DNA of 64,000 nucleotides from Candidatus Oxydemutatoraceae bacterium (GTDB lineage Bacteria; Pseudomonadota; Gammaproteobacteria; Poriferisulfidales; Oxydemutatoraceae): NCBI GenBank assembly GCA_965220085.1, contig CBDCOZ010000003.1, positions 512,001 to 576,000 of the forward strand, read 5' to 3'. Shown piece by piece: positions 1 to 10,161 of this stretch (position 1 is its first letter; each line of letters starts with the position of its first letter). The notes under the pieces were generated by a model. It saw only the letters and a program-made list of their open reading frames with translations, ran no database searches and was not told where the DNA came from. The position numbers and the translations under genes were made by a program.

Positions 1-1540
1 CGACCGCAGTGTCCAGTTGCAGGCAACGGCGCTCGGAATTGCCGCCGCCATCGGCAAACGATGCGCAGACGCGCAGAAACTTGTCCACCTGGGGATCATC
101 AGGCGCGAAGGCGGCGGCGGTGGCGCCCATGATGTCGGCGTAGGCGCCGCCGTTGCTGTCGGCCTGGCTCCACTGCCAGCTGATGGCGCCGATATTGGCG
201 GGGGGGTTGCTGTCCGGGTCGGTCACGCTGCCCTGGGATGCGGTGATGGGGCTTTCCTCGGTGGGGGCGGTGATGCCGCTGGCGTAGGCCACGGCGGGCG
301 CGCCGGCGGCATTGCGGGCATTGGTCAGGTTGATGGTGAGCGTGGCTGCGGACGCGGCGACGTTGATGCCGATGGGGGTGCCGTCAAGGCCGGTGGCGGC
401 GACGCCGGTGTCTATGACCCAGTAGGTGAATGAGTCATAGTTGTCCATTTGGGTTGCGCCGTCGGCAGGGTAGTAGGCCAGATTGCGCAGTTGCGCCAGA
501 CTGAGATTGGTGTTCCGGGCTATGGTGACGGTCTCGCCCACAACCGCCAGAGCGCCCGCTGTGGGCAGGGTGGCTATGCGGATGCCGTTTATGGTGTCGG
601 GCGGCACATCCTCATCGGCCGTTATGGGAAAGTCGCCGAGGTCAAAGGGGTGCGGGGCGGAGGAGCTGGCATTGGCGGGCACATTGACTGTGGAGTCGCC
701 GCCGACGGGGGCATCGCTGGCGTTGATGACCGTCACCGCGGGGGAGCAGACCCTCTCCATTTTGGGAGTGGCGAACATGTCGGTGTAACTGAAGCAGACG
801 CGTATCCGCCTGCCCACATGCGCCTGCAGGGGGGTGAAGATGTGGCTGGTCGCGCCCTCTATGGGATTGTTGCTCTGTTGCCATTCCCAGGCGATGGTGC
901 TGGTGTTGATGCCATCGTCATCCATGACGGCGCTGGCGGCCGAGAGCCGCTGGTCCTCATTCCAGGTGTCCATGGCGGTGCGGTCGGCGGCGGTGATGTT
1001 GATGGCGCCGGTGGGGGCCGAATTCATTGGAACCACTACCACCGGCACCACAGTGTCTATGCGAACGCTGCCTCCTTGGTGCAAAGTCCTTGTGTTTTCT
1101 GTGGATGACTGGCCTCCGGCCCGCACCGTGAATTTTATGAGGGCATAGCCGTTAAGCGCCTGCGCGCCCGCCGCCGGATAGTAGGTGATGGTGCCTATGT
1201 CGGCGGCTGCCACGGTCTGGCCGACGCGGGCGGCGGATGATCCCACCCTGAAGGTGCCCTTGCTGGAATCGGGCAGCGGGGCTGTGAAGGTGATGCTCTG
1301 GAGGGCGTCGCGTTCGGCATCGGTGAATGAGAAGTCGCTGGCGCTGAATCTGTACGGGTTGTCGGCGTCGGCGTCGGTCGGCACCTTGACGCTGCTGGTG
1401 CCGGGCACCGGCGGCGCGGCGCGGACGACATCAGCGCCCGCCCAGATTTGAGCGCATAGCGCGAACACAACCAGCGCCCAGAATCGGCCGCCCGTTAATG
1501 CGGCGCGGCGGGAGCGGGGAATTAAAGTTTGTCGTTTCAT
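1..1540 (-). CDS. Secreted Ig/cadherin-like repeat protein (paralogue 1), 3' end outside window
   Basis: ATG at 1540 after AGGAG; MKRQTLIP..., hydrophobic FWALVVFALCAQIWA, then PYRFSASDFSFTD and WQWSQ...FLRVCASF modules nearly identical to 5785-6800; frame matches at both ends. Confidence 0.8.
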   Translation of the reverse strand, partial: MKRQTLIPRSRRAALTGGRFWALVVFALCAQIWAGADVVRAAPPVPGTSSVKVPTDADADNPYRFSASDFSFTDAERDALQSITFTAPLPDSSKGTFRVGSSAARVGQTVAAADIGTITYYPAAGAQALNGYALIKFTVRAGGQSSTENTRTLHQGGSVRIDTVVPVVVVPMNSAPTGAINITAADRTAMDTWNEDQRLSAASAVMDDDGINTSTIAWEWQQSNNPIEGATSHIFTPLQAHVGRRIRVCFSYTDMFATPKMERVCSPAVTVINASDAPVGGDSTVNVPANASSSAPHPFDLGDFPITADEDVPPDTINGIRIATLPTAGALAVVGETVTIARNTNLSLAQLRNLAYYPADGATQMDNYDSFTYWVIDTGVAATGLDGTPIGINVAASAATLTINLTNARNAAGAPAVAYASGITAPTEESPITASQGSVTDPDSNPPANIGAISWQWSQADSNGGAYADIMGATAAAFAPDDPQVDKFLRVCASFADGGGNSERRCLQLDTAV

Positions 1541-1639
1541 GGCATTTTCTCCTATGACAGTCTGTGCGCGGTCGGCGGTCGTTCCGCCATAAGCGCGAAT
1601 CGTTTTGCAAGCGCCTTTGGGGTTTGTCTTGCGGGCGGC

Positions 1640-2265
1640 GGCGCAGGTCGCGCCGGTTCGGGCGCGACCTGCGGCGCCGCCTTCAATGACAATATTCGCT
1701 TGTGCGCGTGGGTTTGCCATCATCGCAGCGGCCCCTCCAGAAAGACGCGCAGCCGCAAGCGCAGGCTGCTCCCCAAGTCTATGCGCATCGCGGCGGGCGC
1801 AAGTCGCGCCGGTTCGGGCGCGACCATCGGCGCCGCCTTCAATGACAATATTCGCTTGCGCGCGCGTGTTTCCTATCATCGTAGCGGCCCCTCCAGGAAG
1901 ACGCGCAGCCGCAAGCGCAGGCTGCTCCCCAAGTCTATGCGCATCGTGGCGGGCGCAGGTCGCGCCGGTTCGGGCGCGACCATCGGCGCCGCCTTCAATG
2001 GCAATGCTCGCTTGTGCGCGTGTGTTTGCCATCATCGCAGCGGCCCCTCCAGGAAGACGCGCAGCCGCAAGCGCAGGCTGCTCCCCAAGTCTATGCGCAT
2101 CGCGGCGGGCGCAAGTCGCGCCGGTTCGAGCGCGACCATCGGCGCCGCCTTCAATGACAATATTCGCTTGTGCGCGTGGGTTTGCCATCATCGCAGCGGC
2201 CCCTCCAGAAAGACGCGCAGCCGCAAGCGCAGGCTGCTCCCCAAGTCTATGCGCATCGCGGCGGC
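1640..2265. repeat. 156-bp tandem repeat (about 4 units) made of a gene 3' end plus linker
   Basis: Stop of the LEGPLR motif recurs at 1720, 1876, 2032 and 2188. Confidence 0.9.
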
Positions 2266-3870
2266 GCTGCTGCTCTCTATGCCATCGCTGACCGTGAATC
2301 GGAATTGGGCGTAGTCTCGCGTGGGTTCATGCGGACCGTCCGCCGGATAGTAGGTGATCGCGGAGATGTCGCCTGCCTCTACCGCGTTGTTTTGGCCCGA
2401 GCCGGATGTCACCAGCGCGTCGCCGTCTATCAACAAGACGCCCTGGTTCGGCGCGTTGATGATCGTGACGCTTGCCAGAGCGCCGCCGGCCGCGCCGCTG
2501 CCGATGTCCGCATCGGCAAAGCGGAAGTCGCTCGGCTTAAAGTAGTAGGGCGCCGCCGCGGTGGCCGTGGTGGATACGAGTACCGCGCTGTTCTGAGCCC
2601 TCGGCGCGTCATTGATGCGCACCGAGGCGCCGCAGAGCGGGCCCTCTCGGGCCGGGCTTGTGGGGTGGTGGTCCATAAAGGTGGCGCAGGCGCGTATGTG
2701 TCTGCCCGCCCGGGCCTGGGCTTGGGTCAGGGCGAAGGCGGCGGCGGTGGCGCCCGCTATGTCGGCAAAGCCGCGGGCGGCGGCGGCGGATTGCTGCCAT
2801 TGCCACATTACAGTGCTCTCGTCTATGCCGTTGCGCTCAACTATGCCATGGAGTTCGGCCAGCAGTTCGCTGCCCTCGGGGTAGACGGAGGCCGGGACAA
2901 CATTGTGCACTGTTATCTCGGGCCCGCCGCTGGCTTCGGCCTGTTGCGCTTGCGCCAGACGGATGCGGGCGATGCCGAAGTCGACGCTGGTCTTGTCGGC
3001 ATCGGCATCGCCGCCCGGGCCGTCGCCATCGTCCGTTACCTGAAATCTGAACCGGCCATAGATGTTAGTCAAATCGTTGATGTCGGAGGGCTGTTGGCCC
3101 GCCTCCGGCCAGTAGGTCAGGGCGCCGGTCCGCAGTTGCGCCGCTGTGACGGTGGTGGGGATGTTGCTGTCGGTCAGGGCGGCGCCATCCAGGGCCAGAG
3201 TGCCCGCGCTCATGTGCAGGCTGTCTGTGGGCAGGCTTGTCACTCTGATGCTGACCAGACTGTCGTCATCGTCATCGGCGAAAGGAAAGTCTTGCGGGCG
3301 GAACTTATAGGGGGCATTGGCAGTGGCGCCGACGGACACTGAGATTCTGGAGTCCAGCGCCTCCGGCGCATCGTTGGTGTTGACAACCGGCTCGGTGGTG
3401 AGACAGAGATTTTCCCGGTTGCCGTCGTCATCGTCGAACATGGCGCAGACGCGGACGCGACTGCCCACATGCTCCTGGCGGGGAGCCCAGGTGGCATCGG
3501 TTTCGTCTATGATGTTGTCGAATACCCCGTCGCCCTGGTTGTCGTGACTCCATTGCCAACTTATGGTCGCGCCGAGATCGTCGACGCCATCGGGGTCCTC
3601 TATGTCCAGAGAGCGCAATGCCAGAGTGCTATCCTCAGGCGGCGCGCCGGTCAGTTCGGGCTGTGCGGGATCGTCAGCGAGCTTCAGCACGCCGGTGGCA
3701 TTCTGCGCCTGCGCTTGTGCGCACAGCGCAAACAGCGCGAGCAAGGCCGGCAGGATGAGCGAGCGGAGGCTGCGCACCATCGTTGCCCGTCGGCGCAGGG
3801 CGGGCGCTCGGAAGCCGCGCCTGCCGAATGCGGCGCGGCGGCGCAAGGGAATCAAAGTTTGTCGTTTCAT
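2188..3870 (-). CDS. Secreted Ig/cadherin-like repeat protein (paralogue 2), 560 aa
   Basis: Start MKRQTL at 3870 with AGGAG; signal peptide LLALFALCAQAQA; alternating WQW..RVC and NDAP..DFPFAD modules; ends LRLRLRVFLEGPLR. Confidence 0.85.
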   Translation of the reverse strand: MKRQTLIPLRRRAAFGRRGFRAPALRRRATMVRSLRSLILPALLALFALCAQAQAQNATGVLKLADDPAQPELTGAPPEDSTLALRSLDIEDPDGVDDLGATISWQWSHDNQGDGVFDNIIDETDATWAPRQEHVGSRVRVCAMFDDDDGNRENLCLTTEPVVNTNDAPEALDSRISVSVGATANAPYKFRPQDFPFADDDDDSLVSIRVTSLPTDSLHMSAGTLALDGAALTDSNIPTTVTAAQLRTGALTYWPEAGQQPSDINDLTNIYGRFRFQVTDDGDGPGGDADADKTSVDFGIARIRLAQAQQAEASGGPEITVHNVVPASVYPEGSELLAELHGIVERNGIDESTVMWQWQQSAAAARGFADIAGATAAAFALTQAQARAGRHIRACATFMDHHPTSPAREGPLCGASVRINDAPRAQNSAVLVSTTATAAAPYYFKPSDFRFADADIGSGAAGGALASVTIINAPNQGVLLIDGDALVTSGSGQNNAVEAGDISAITYYPADGPHEPTRDYAQFRFTVSDGIESSSAAAMRIDLGSSLRLRLRVFLEGPLR

Positions 3871-3881
3871 GGCATTTTCTC

Positions 3882-4250
3882 CTATGACAGTCTGTGCGCG
3901 GTCGGCGGGCATTCCGCCATCAGCGCGAATCGTTTTGCAAGCGCCTTTGGCGCTTGTCTTGCGGGCGGCGGCGCAAGTCGCGCCGGCTTGAGTCCTGACC
4001 ATCCCTTGTCCTCGCAATCCCTCAGAATCTTTAGCGCGTCATCGGCAACGCAACCGGTATCGGAAACGCCAAAGCCAAATGTTTTCGAGAGTCGCGTTTC
4101 TCCTTCGGGGCATTCGGTTTGCGCCGACGCATTGTTCGCGGCAAATGCGCAAACGAGCATCATCGCCGCGCAGATTCCATAGAGGCGCGGAGTCCGAGCC
4201 GCGGGCGACGGACGCAACGAGAGATGACGACCGGTATCCGTGACTATCAT
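3882..4250 (-). pseudogene. 5' fragment of a Cys-rich secreted protein fused to linker DNA
   Basis: Signal-like MMLVCAFAANNASAQ then TECPEG..GCV..CEDKGW; near-identical copy at 7006-7371 and related copy at about 15000-15220. Confidence 0.5.
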
Positions 4251-6994
4251 CGCAGCGGCCCCTCCAGGAAGACGCGCAACCGTATGCGCAGGCTGTCTCC
4301 CAAGTCTATGCGCATCGTGGCGGCGGCGCTGCTCTCTATGCCGTCGCTGACCGTGAATCGGAATCGGGCGTAGTCCCGCATCGGCTCATCATCGCCGTCC
4401 TCTTGGTAGTAGGTGAGTTCGGAGATGTCGGACACATCCACCACGTTGTTTTTGCCCGAGCCGGATGTCATCAGCGCGTCGCCGTCTATCAACAAGGCGC
4501 CCCGGTTCGGCAACTCGGTGATCGTGACGCTTGCCAGAGCGGCGCCTTCATCTGCCCCGCTGCCGAGGTCCGCATCGGCAAAGCGGAAGTCGCTCGCCTT
4601 AAATACATAGGGCGCTGTTGCGGTGGCCGCGGCGGATACGAGTACTACGCTGTCCAGAGCCACGGGGGCGCGGTTGATCTCAAAGACCTTTCTGGCGGTG
4701 GAGCAGACGGGGCCCTCCCGCTTTGGGGTGGCGTGGTGGTCCGTGAAGGCGGCACAGAGGCGGATATACATGCCCACCTGGGCTTGGGTTAGGGCGAAGT
4801 TGTCATCGGTCGCGCCTGCTATGTCGGCAAAGCCGCCGGAGGCGCTGGCGGACAGTTGCCATTGCCATTGCAGGGTGCTCTGATCTATGCCGTTGGGGTC
4901 GACCAGTGTATTCTGGGAGGCGCGCAACACGGCGCCCCTGCGCGGCTGCCGGGAGACGGACTCCACGGCCTGGTTCTGGGTTACGGTGATTTCCACTATG
5001 TCGGGCCTGCCGATGGCGGCGGCCTGCGCCGGGGATGTCAGGCGTATGTTCATGATTGCGGTGCGGGCGCCGATCTTGTCGCCCTCGCCATCGCTGCCAT
5101 CGTCCGTCACATTGAAGGTGAAGGTTGCAAAACCGACAAAGGAATCTGTCAGGGTGGTGGGTTCCTCGCCCGGGTCCGGATGCCAGGTGAGGGCGCCGTC
5201 CCGCAGTTGCGTCGCTGTGACGGTTGTGGGGAGGGCGGCAGAGGTCAGGGTCACGCCATTCAGGACCATGGTTCCGACATTGCGCTGGTTGGCGCCTTGG
5301 GTTATGGGCAGGCTGTGCACGGTCACGCTTTCCAGCATGTCGTTATCGTCGTCGTCGAATGTGAAGTCCACCGGGCGGAATATGTAGGGGGCGCTGGCAT
5401 CGGCGGCAGTGCTGACTGAGACATGGTTATTTGCGGGCACAGGCGCATCGTTGGTGTTGACGACCGGCAAGGTGGTGACGCATACATTTTCCATGAAGCC
5501 GCGGTCATCGGTGAACCGAAAGCAGCCGCGGATGCGACTGCCCACATGCTCTTGAGAGGGACGAAATGCGGCATCATCGTCTACGATGTTGCTGAAGTTC
5601 CCGTCGCCCTTGTTGTCGTAACTCCATGCATGGCTCGCGGTCAGGCCACTTCTTAGGGTGCCATCGGGGTCTTCCAGGGCCGAGTTAAGCAGGAACAGGG
5701 TAGCTCCGTCCTCCTCCGGCGCGCCTGTCAGGGGGACGCGACCTGTCATTAGCAGCGTGAGGGTGGCGGGGTCATTGACATTGGCGACCGCGGTGTCCAG
5801 TTGCCGGCAACGGCGCTCGGAATTGCCGGCGCCGTCGGTAAACGATGCGCAGACGCGCAGAAACTTGTCCACCTGGGGATCATCAGGCGCGAAGGCGGCG
5901 GCGGTGGCGCCCATGATGTCGGTGTAGGGGCCGCCATTGCTGTCGGCCTGGCTCCATTGCCAGCTGAGGGCGCCCAGCCCATCGCCATCGGCAATGTCGC
6001 CCTGGGATGCGGTGATGGGGCTTTCCTCGGTGGGGGCGGTGATGCCGCTGGCGTAGGCCACAGCGGGCATGCCGGTGGCCGGGTTGGCCACCAGATTGAT
6101 GGTGAGCGTGGCGGCGGTTGTGGCCCGGTTGGCGGTGGTGCCGTCGGCGGCGGCGGCGGTGCCGGTGTCTGCGACCATGTAGGTGAAGCTGTCGCGGTTG
6201 GTCCCGGCGGTGGCACCGTCGCTGGGGTAATAGGCCAGATCACTCAGTTGCGCCAGGCTGAGATTGGTGCCCGGGTCGATGGTCAGGTCGGTATTGCTGG
6301 TCACCACCAGGGTGCCCGATGGCAGGGTGGCTATGCGGATGCCATTGAGGGTGTCGCCATCCTCGACATCGGCAAAGGGGAAGTCATCCAGATCAAAGTC
6401 ATGCGGGGAGCTGGAGCTGGCGGCGACGGGCACATTGACGGTGGAAGCGCCGCCGGTGGGGGCATCGCTGATGTTGATGACCTTGGTGGCGGGGGAGCAT
6501 ACCGTCTCCATCTTCGGCGTGTCGTGCATGTCGGTGTAGCTGAAGCAGACGCGTATCTGCCTGCCCACCTGGGCCTGCAGGGGGGTGAAAGTGCGGTCGG
6601 TCGCGTCCGTTCCCGGTATGTCGCTGACAGAGGGGTGATCAACCCGGGTGGCGTCATTGCCGACTAACATACCATCCACCGCCGTCTGCTCCCATTGCCA
6701 GGCTATGGTGCTGGTGTCTATGCCATCGGCATCCATGATGGTGGAACTGGCCGAGATCCGCTGGTCCTCGTCCCAGGTGCTCGTGGCCGTGCGCGCGGCG
6801 GGGGTGAGATTGAGCGCGCCGGTGGGGGCGGAGTTCTGCGCCCAGGCCTGGCCGCAGAGCGCAACCAGGGCCAGCAGAAACAGAGGCCGGAGGCTGCGCA
6901 CCATCGTTGCCCGTCGGCGCAGGGCGAGCGACCGGAAGCCGCGCCTGCCGAATGTGGCGCGGCGGCGGCGGGAAATCAAAGTTTGTCGTTTCAT
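4247..6994 (-). CDS. Secreted Ig/cadherin-like repeat protein (paralogue 3), 915 aa
   Basis: MKRQTL start at 6994 with AGGAG; signal LLALVALCGQAWA; about seven modules; ends LRIRLRVFLEGPLR. Confidence 0.85.
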   Translation of the reverse strand: MKRQTLISRRRRATFGRRGFRSLALRRRATMVRSLRPLFLLALVALCGQAWAQNSAPTGALNLTPAARTATSTWDEDQRISASSTIMDADGIDTSTIAWQWEQTAVDGMLVGNDATRVDHPSVSDIPGTDATDRTFTPLQAQVGRQIRVCFSYTDMHDTPKMETVCSPATKVINISDAPTGGASTVNVPVAASSSSPHDFDLDDFPFADVEDGDTLNGIRIATLPSGTLVVTSNTDLTIDPGTNLSLAQLSDLAYYPSDGATAGTNRDSFTYMVADTGTAAAADGTTANRATTAATLTINLVANPATGMPAVAYASGITAPTEESPITASQGDIADGDGLGALSWQWSQADSNGGPYTDIMGATAAAFAPDDPQVDKFLRVCASFTDGAGNSERRCRQLDTAVANVNDPATLTLLMTGRVPLTGAPEEDGATLFLLNSALEDPDGTLRSGLTASHAWSYDNKGDGNFSNIVDDDAAFRPSQEHVGSRIRGCFRFTDDRGFMENVCVTTLPVVNTNDAPVPANNHVSVSTAADASAPYIFRPVDFTFDDDDNDMLESVTVHSLPITQGANQRNVGTMVLNGVTLTSAALPTTVTATQLRDGALTWHPDPGEEPTTLTDSFVGFATFTFNVTDDGSDGEGDKIGARTAIMNIRLTSPAQAAAIGRPDIVEITVTQNQAVESVSRQPRRGAVLRASQNTLVDPNGIDQSTLQWQWQLSASASGGFADIAGATDDNFALTQAQVGMYIRLCAAFTDHHATPKREGPVCSTARKVFEINRAPVALDSVVLVSAAATATAPYVFKASDFRFADADLGSGADEGAALASVTITELPNRGALLIDGDALMTSGSGKNNVVDVSDISELTYYQEDGDDEPMRDYARFRFTVSDGIESSAAATMRIDLGDSLRIRLRVFLEGPLR

Positions 6995-7005
6995 GGCATT
7001 TTCTC

Positions 7006-7371
7006 CTATGGCAGTTTGTGCGCGGTCGGCGGTTGTTCCGCCGTCAGCGCGAATCGTTTTGCAAGCGTCTTTGGAACTTGTCTTGCGGGCAGCGGCGCAA
7101 GCGTCGGCTCGAGTCCGGCCCATCCCTTGTCCTCGCAATCCCTCATAATCTCCGCCGCGTCATCGGCAACGCAACCGGTATCGGAAACGCCAAAGCCAAA
7201 TGTTTTCGAGAGTCGCGTTTCTCCTTCGGGGCATTCGGTTTGCGCCGACGCATTGTTCGCGGCAAATGCGCAAGCGGGCATCATCGCCGCGCAGATTCCA
7301 TAGAGGCGCGGAGTCCGAGCCGCGGGCGACGGACGCAACGAGAGATGACGACCGGTATCCGTGACTATCAT
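7006..7371 (-). pseudogene. Second copy of the truncated Cys-rich secreted protein fragment
   Basis: Near-identical to 3882-4250; start overlaps the upstream stop (ATGA). Confidence 0.5.
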
Positions 7372-9060
7372 CGCAGCGGCCCCTCCAGGAAGACGCGCAA
7401 CCGCAAGCGCAGGCTGTCTCCCAAGTCTATGCGCATCGCGGCGGCGGCGCTGCTCTCTACGCCGTCGCTGACCGTGAATCGGAATCGGGCGTAGTCTCGC
7501 GTGGGCTCGTGCGGACCATCCGCCGGATAGTAGTTGAGCATGGGGATGTCGCCCGCCTCCGCTGTGTGTGGCACTGTGGCGATGGGCATCGTTCCCGTGC
7601 GCAAGGTGCCCCGGTTCGGCAACTCGGTGATCGTGACGCTTGCCAGAGCGCCGCCGGCCGCGCCGCTGCCGAGGTCCGCATCGGCAAAGCGGAAGTCGCT
7701 CGCCTTAAAGTAGTAGGGCGCCGCTGCGGTGGCCGTGGTGGATACGAGTACCGCGCTGTCCTGAGCCGTCGGCGCGTCATTGGCCCGCACTGAGGTGCCG
7801 CAGAGCGGGCCCTCCCGCGCCGGGCTTGTGGGGTGGTGGTCCATAAAACTGGCGCAGACGCGGATGTACCTGCCCACCCGGGCCTGGGTCAGGGCGAGGG
7901 TGGCGGCGGTGGCGCCCGCTATGTTGGCAAAGTCGTTGTTGTCGTCGGTAAAGGATTGCTGCCATTGCCACATTACAGTGCTTTCGTCTATGCCGTTGCG
8001 CTCCACTATGCCATGGGTTTCGGCCAGCAGTTCGCTGCCCTCGGGGTAGACGGAGGCCGGGACAACATTGGACACTATTATCTCGGGCCCGCCGGTGGCT
8101 CTGGCCTGTTGCGCTTGCACCAGACGGATGCGGGCGGAACCGGAGTCAACGCTGGCCTTGTCGGCGTTGACATCGCCGCCCGGGCCGTCGCCATCGTCCG
8201 TTACCTGAAATCTGAACCTGCCATAGAGGTTAGTCAAATCGTTGATGTCGGAGGGCTGTTGGCCTGACTGCGGCCAGTAGGCGAGGGCGCCGGCCCGCAG
8301 TTGCGCCACTGTGACGGTGGTGGGGGTGTTGCTGTCGGTTAGGGCGGTGCCATCCAGGGCCAGGGTGCCCGCGCTCATGCTCAGGCTGTCTATGGGCAGG
8401 GTTCTCACTATGATGGCGGTCAGATTGTCGTCATCGTCATCGGCGAACGGAAAGTCTTGCGGGCGGAACTTATAGGGGGCGCTTTCGGTGGCGCCGACGG
8501 ATACTGAGATGTTGCGGTCCAGCGCCTCCGGCGCGTCGTTGGTGTTTTCGACCGGCTCGGTGGCGAGGCAGAGATTTTCCCGGTTGCCGGCGTCATCAGT
8601 GAAACGGGCGCAGACGCGGATGCGACTGCCCACATGCTCCTGGCGGGGAGCCCAGGTGGCATCGGTTTCGTCTATGATGTTGTTGAATACCCCGTCGCCC
8701 ATGTTGTCGTGACTCCATTGCCAACTTATGGTCGCGCCGAGATTGTTGGCGCCATCGGGGTCGTCTATGTCCAGAGAGCGCAATGCCACCGTGCCATCCT
8801 CAGGCGGCGCGCCGGTCAGTTCGGTCAGTTCGAGATTGTCAGAGAGCGTCAGCATGCCGGTGGCGTTCTGCGCCAGAGCCTGACCGCACAGCGCAAACAG
8901 CGCGAGCAGGGCCGGCAGGATGAGCGAGCGGAGGCTGCGCGCCATCGTTGCCCGTCGGCGCAGGGCGAGCGACCGGATGTTGCGCCCGGTCATCGTTGCT
9001 CTGCCTGCGTGTACGCTAGGGGGGGGGGGGGGGGGTAGTATTATAATTATGTTTATTCAT
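7368..9060 (-). CDS. Secreted Ig/cadherin-like repeat protein (paralogue 4); SD-led start is out of frame at a C17 tract
   Basis: Main ORF 7368-8993; AGGAGG-led ATG at 9060 hits TAG right after the tract; C16 would join it to the main frame; ends LRLRLRVFLEGPLR. Confidence 0.8.
9019..9035. repeat. G17 homopolymer, candidate phase-variation tract
   Basis: 17 G counted, 8 codons after the SD-led ATG. Confidence 0.75.
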
Positions 9061-9187
9061 ATTATTCCTCCTATGGCAACCTATAGCAACGGTTATTCTG
9101 CTATCAGTGCGAGCCATTTTGCAAGTGCCTTTGGCAGATTGTCGATTCATCGTATTTACTCCTCATAGTTGTCTAGCAAACGAAATT

Positions 9188-9318
9188 GTACTAATGAGTG
9201 CGAGCACTCTTAGTACTGCGTACTCTACCACAAAGTGCCAGTCCTTTGCAAGAGTTGAATTATTCAGTGTTTCCCTCATTTGATGTACTCTACCACAAAG
9301 TGCCAGTCCTTTGCAAGT
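9188..9318 (-). promoter_or_regulatory. Tandem sigma70-like promoters plus a palindromic operator-like site
   Basis: TTGCAA-N18-TAGAGT with extended -10 TG, twice, 65 bp apart; palindrome GTACTAA..GAGTGC-nn-GCACTCTTAGTAC at 9188-9216. Confidence 0.55.
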
Positions 9319-9350
9319 CTGCTGTCTCACCCTTGCACACTCCAACACCT

Positions 9351-10019
9351 CCGTAGCGGCCTACCTTTCATGGGGTATGCGCACTCCCCTGTGCGCACCC
9401 CGCGACATTCCCCCTCTCCAGCGAGCAAAGCTCGCTGACTCTCCCACAAGGGGAGAGTATTGCTTGCCACAAGGGAGCATGTTAGCGCAAGTCTTGCGAT
9501 GGATTGCTCGCTATCGCAACGGCCTACCTTTCATGGGGTATGCGCACTCCCCTGTGCGCACCCCGCGACATTCCCCCTCTCCAGCGAGCGAAGCTCGCTG
9601 ACTCTCCCACAAGGGGAGAGTATTGCTTGCCACAAGGGAGCGTGTTAGCGCAAGTCTTGCGATGAGATTGCTCGCGCTATCGTAGCGGCCTACCTTTCAT
9701 GGGGTATGCGCACTCCCCTGTGCGTACCCCGCGACATTCCCCCTCTCCAGCGAGCGAAGCTCGCTGACTCTCCCACAAGGGGAGAGTATTGCTTGCCACA
9801 AGGGAGCGTGTTAGCGCAAGTCTTGCGATGAGATTGCTCGCGCTATCGTAGCGGCCTACCTTTCATGGGGTATGCGCACTCCCCTGTGCGCACCCCGCGA
9901 CATTCCCCCTCTCCAGCGAGCGAAGCTCGCTGACTCTCCCACAAGGGGAGAGTATTGCTTGCCACAAGGAAGCGTGTTGGCGCAAGTCTTGCGATGGATT
10001 GCTCGCTATCGCAACGGCC
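9351..10019. repeat. 163-166-bp tandem repeat (4 units) containing a REP-like hairpin
   Basis: CTACCTTTCATGGGG at 9361, 9524, 9690, 9856; each unit has CTCTCCC-ACAAG-GGGAGAG. Confidence 0.9.
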
Positions 10020-10113
10020 CCTCCAGGAAGATGCGCAAGCGCAAGCGCAGATCGGCACCCAGATGGATGTTCATTGACGCGGGCGTAAGCCGCGCCGGCT
10101 TGAGTCCGACCAT
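10006..10113 (-). other. Tag-only mini-ORF MVGLKPARLTPASMNIHLGADLRLRLRIFLEGPLR
   Basis: Copy of the 3' end of paralogue 5, 156 bp from its stop. Confidence 0.55.
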
Positions 10114-10161
10114 CGGCGCCGCCTTCAATGGCAATACTCACTTGTGCGCGTGTGTTTGCCA

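Noticed and set aside
1876-2190. UGA read-through making multi-tag proteins
   Set aside because: One unit has TGA-TAG and paralogue 5 stops with TAA
1640-2265. Diversity-generating retroelement template repeats
   Set aside because: The copied region is the invariant tail, mismatches are few and not obviously adenine-specific, and no reverse transcriptase is in the window
3790-3870. Tat signal in the Arg-rich leaders (GRRGF)
   Set aside because: The motif is far from the h-region and not kept in paralogues 1, 4 and 5
9351-10019. CRISPR array
   Set aside because: Whole units are near-identical with no unique spacers, and there are no cas genes; the same applies to 1640-2265
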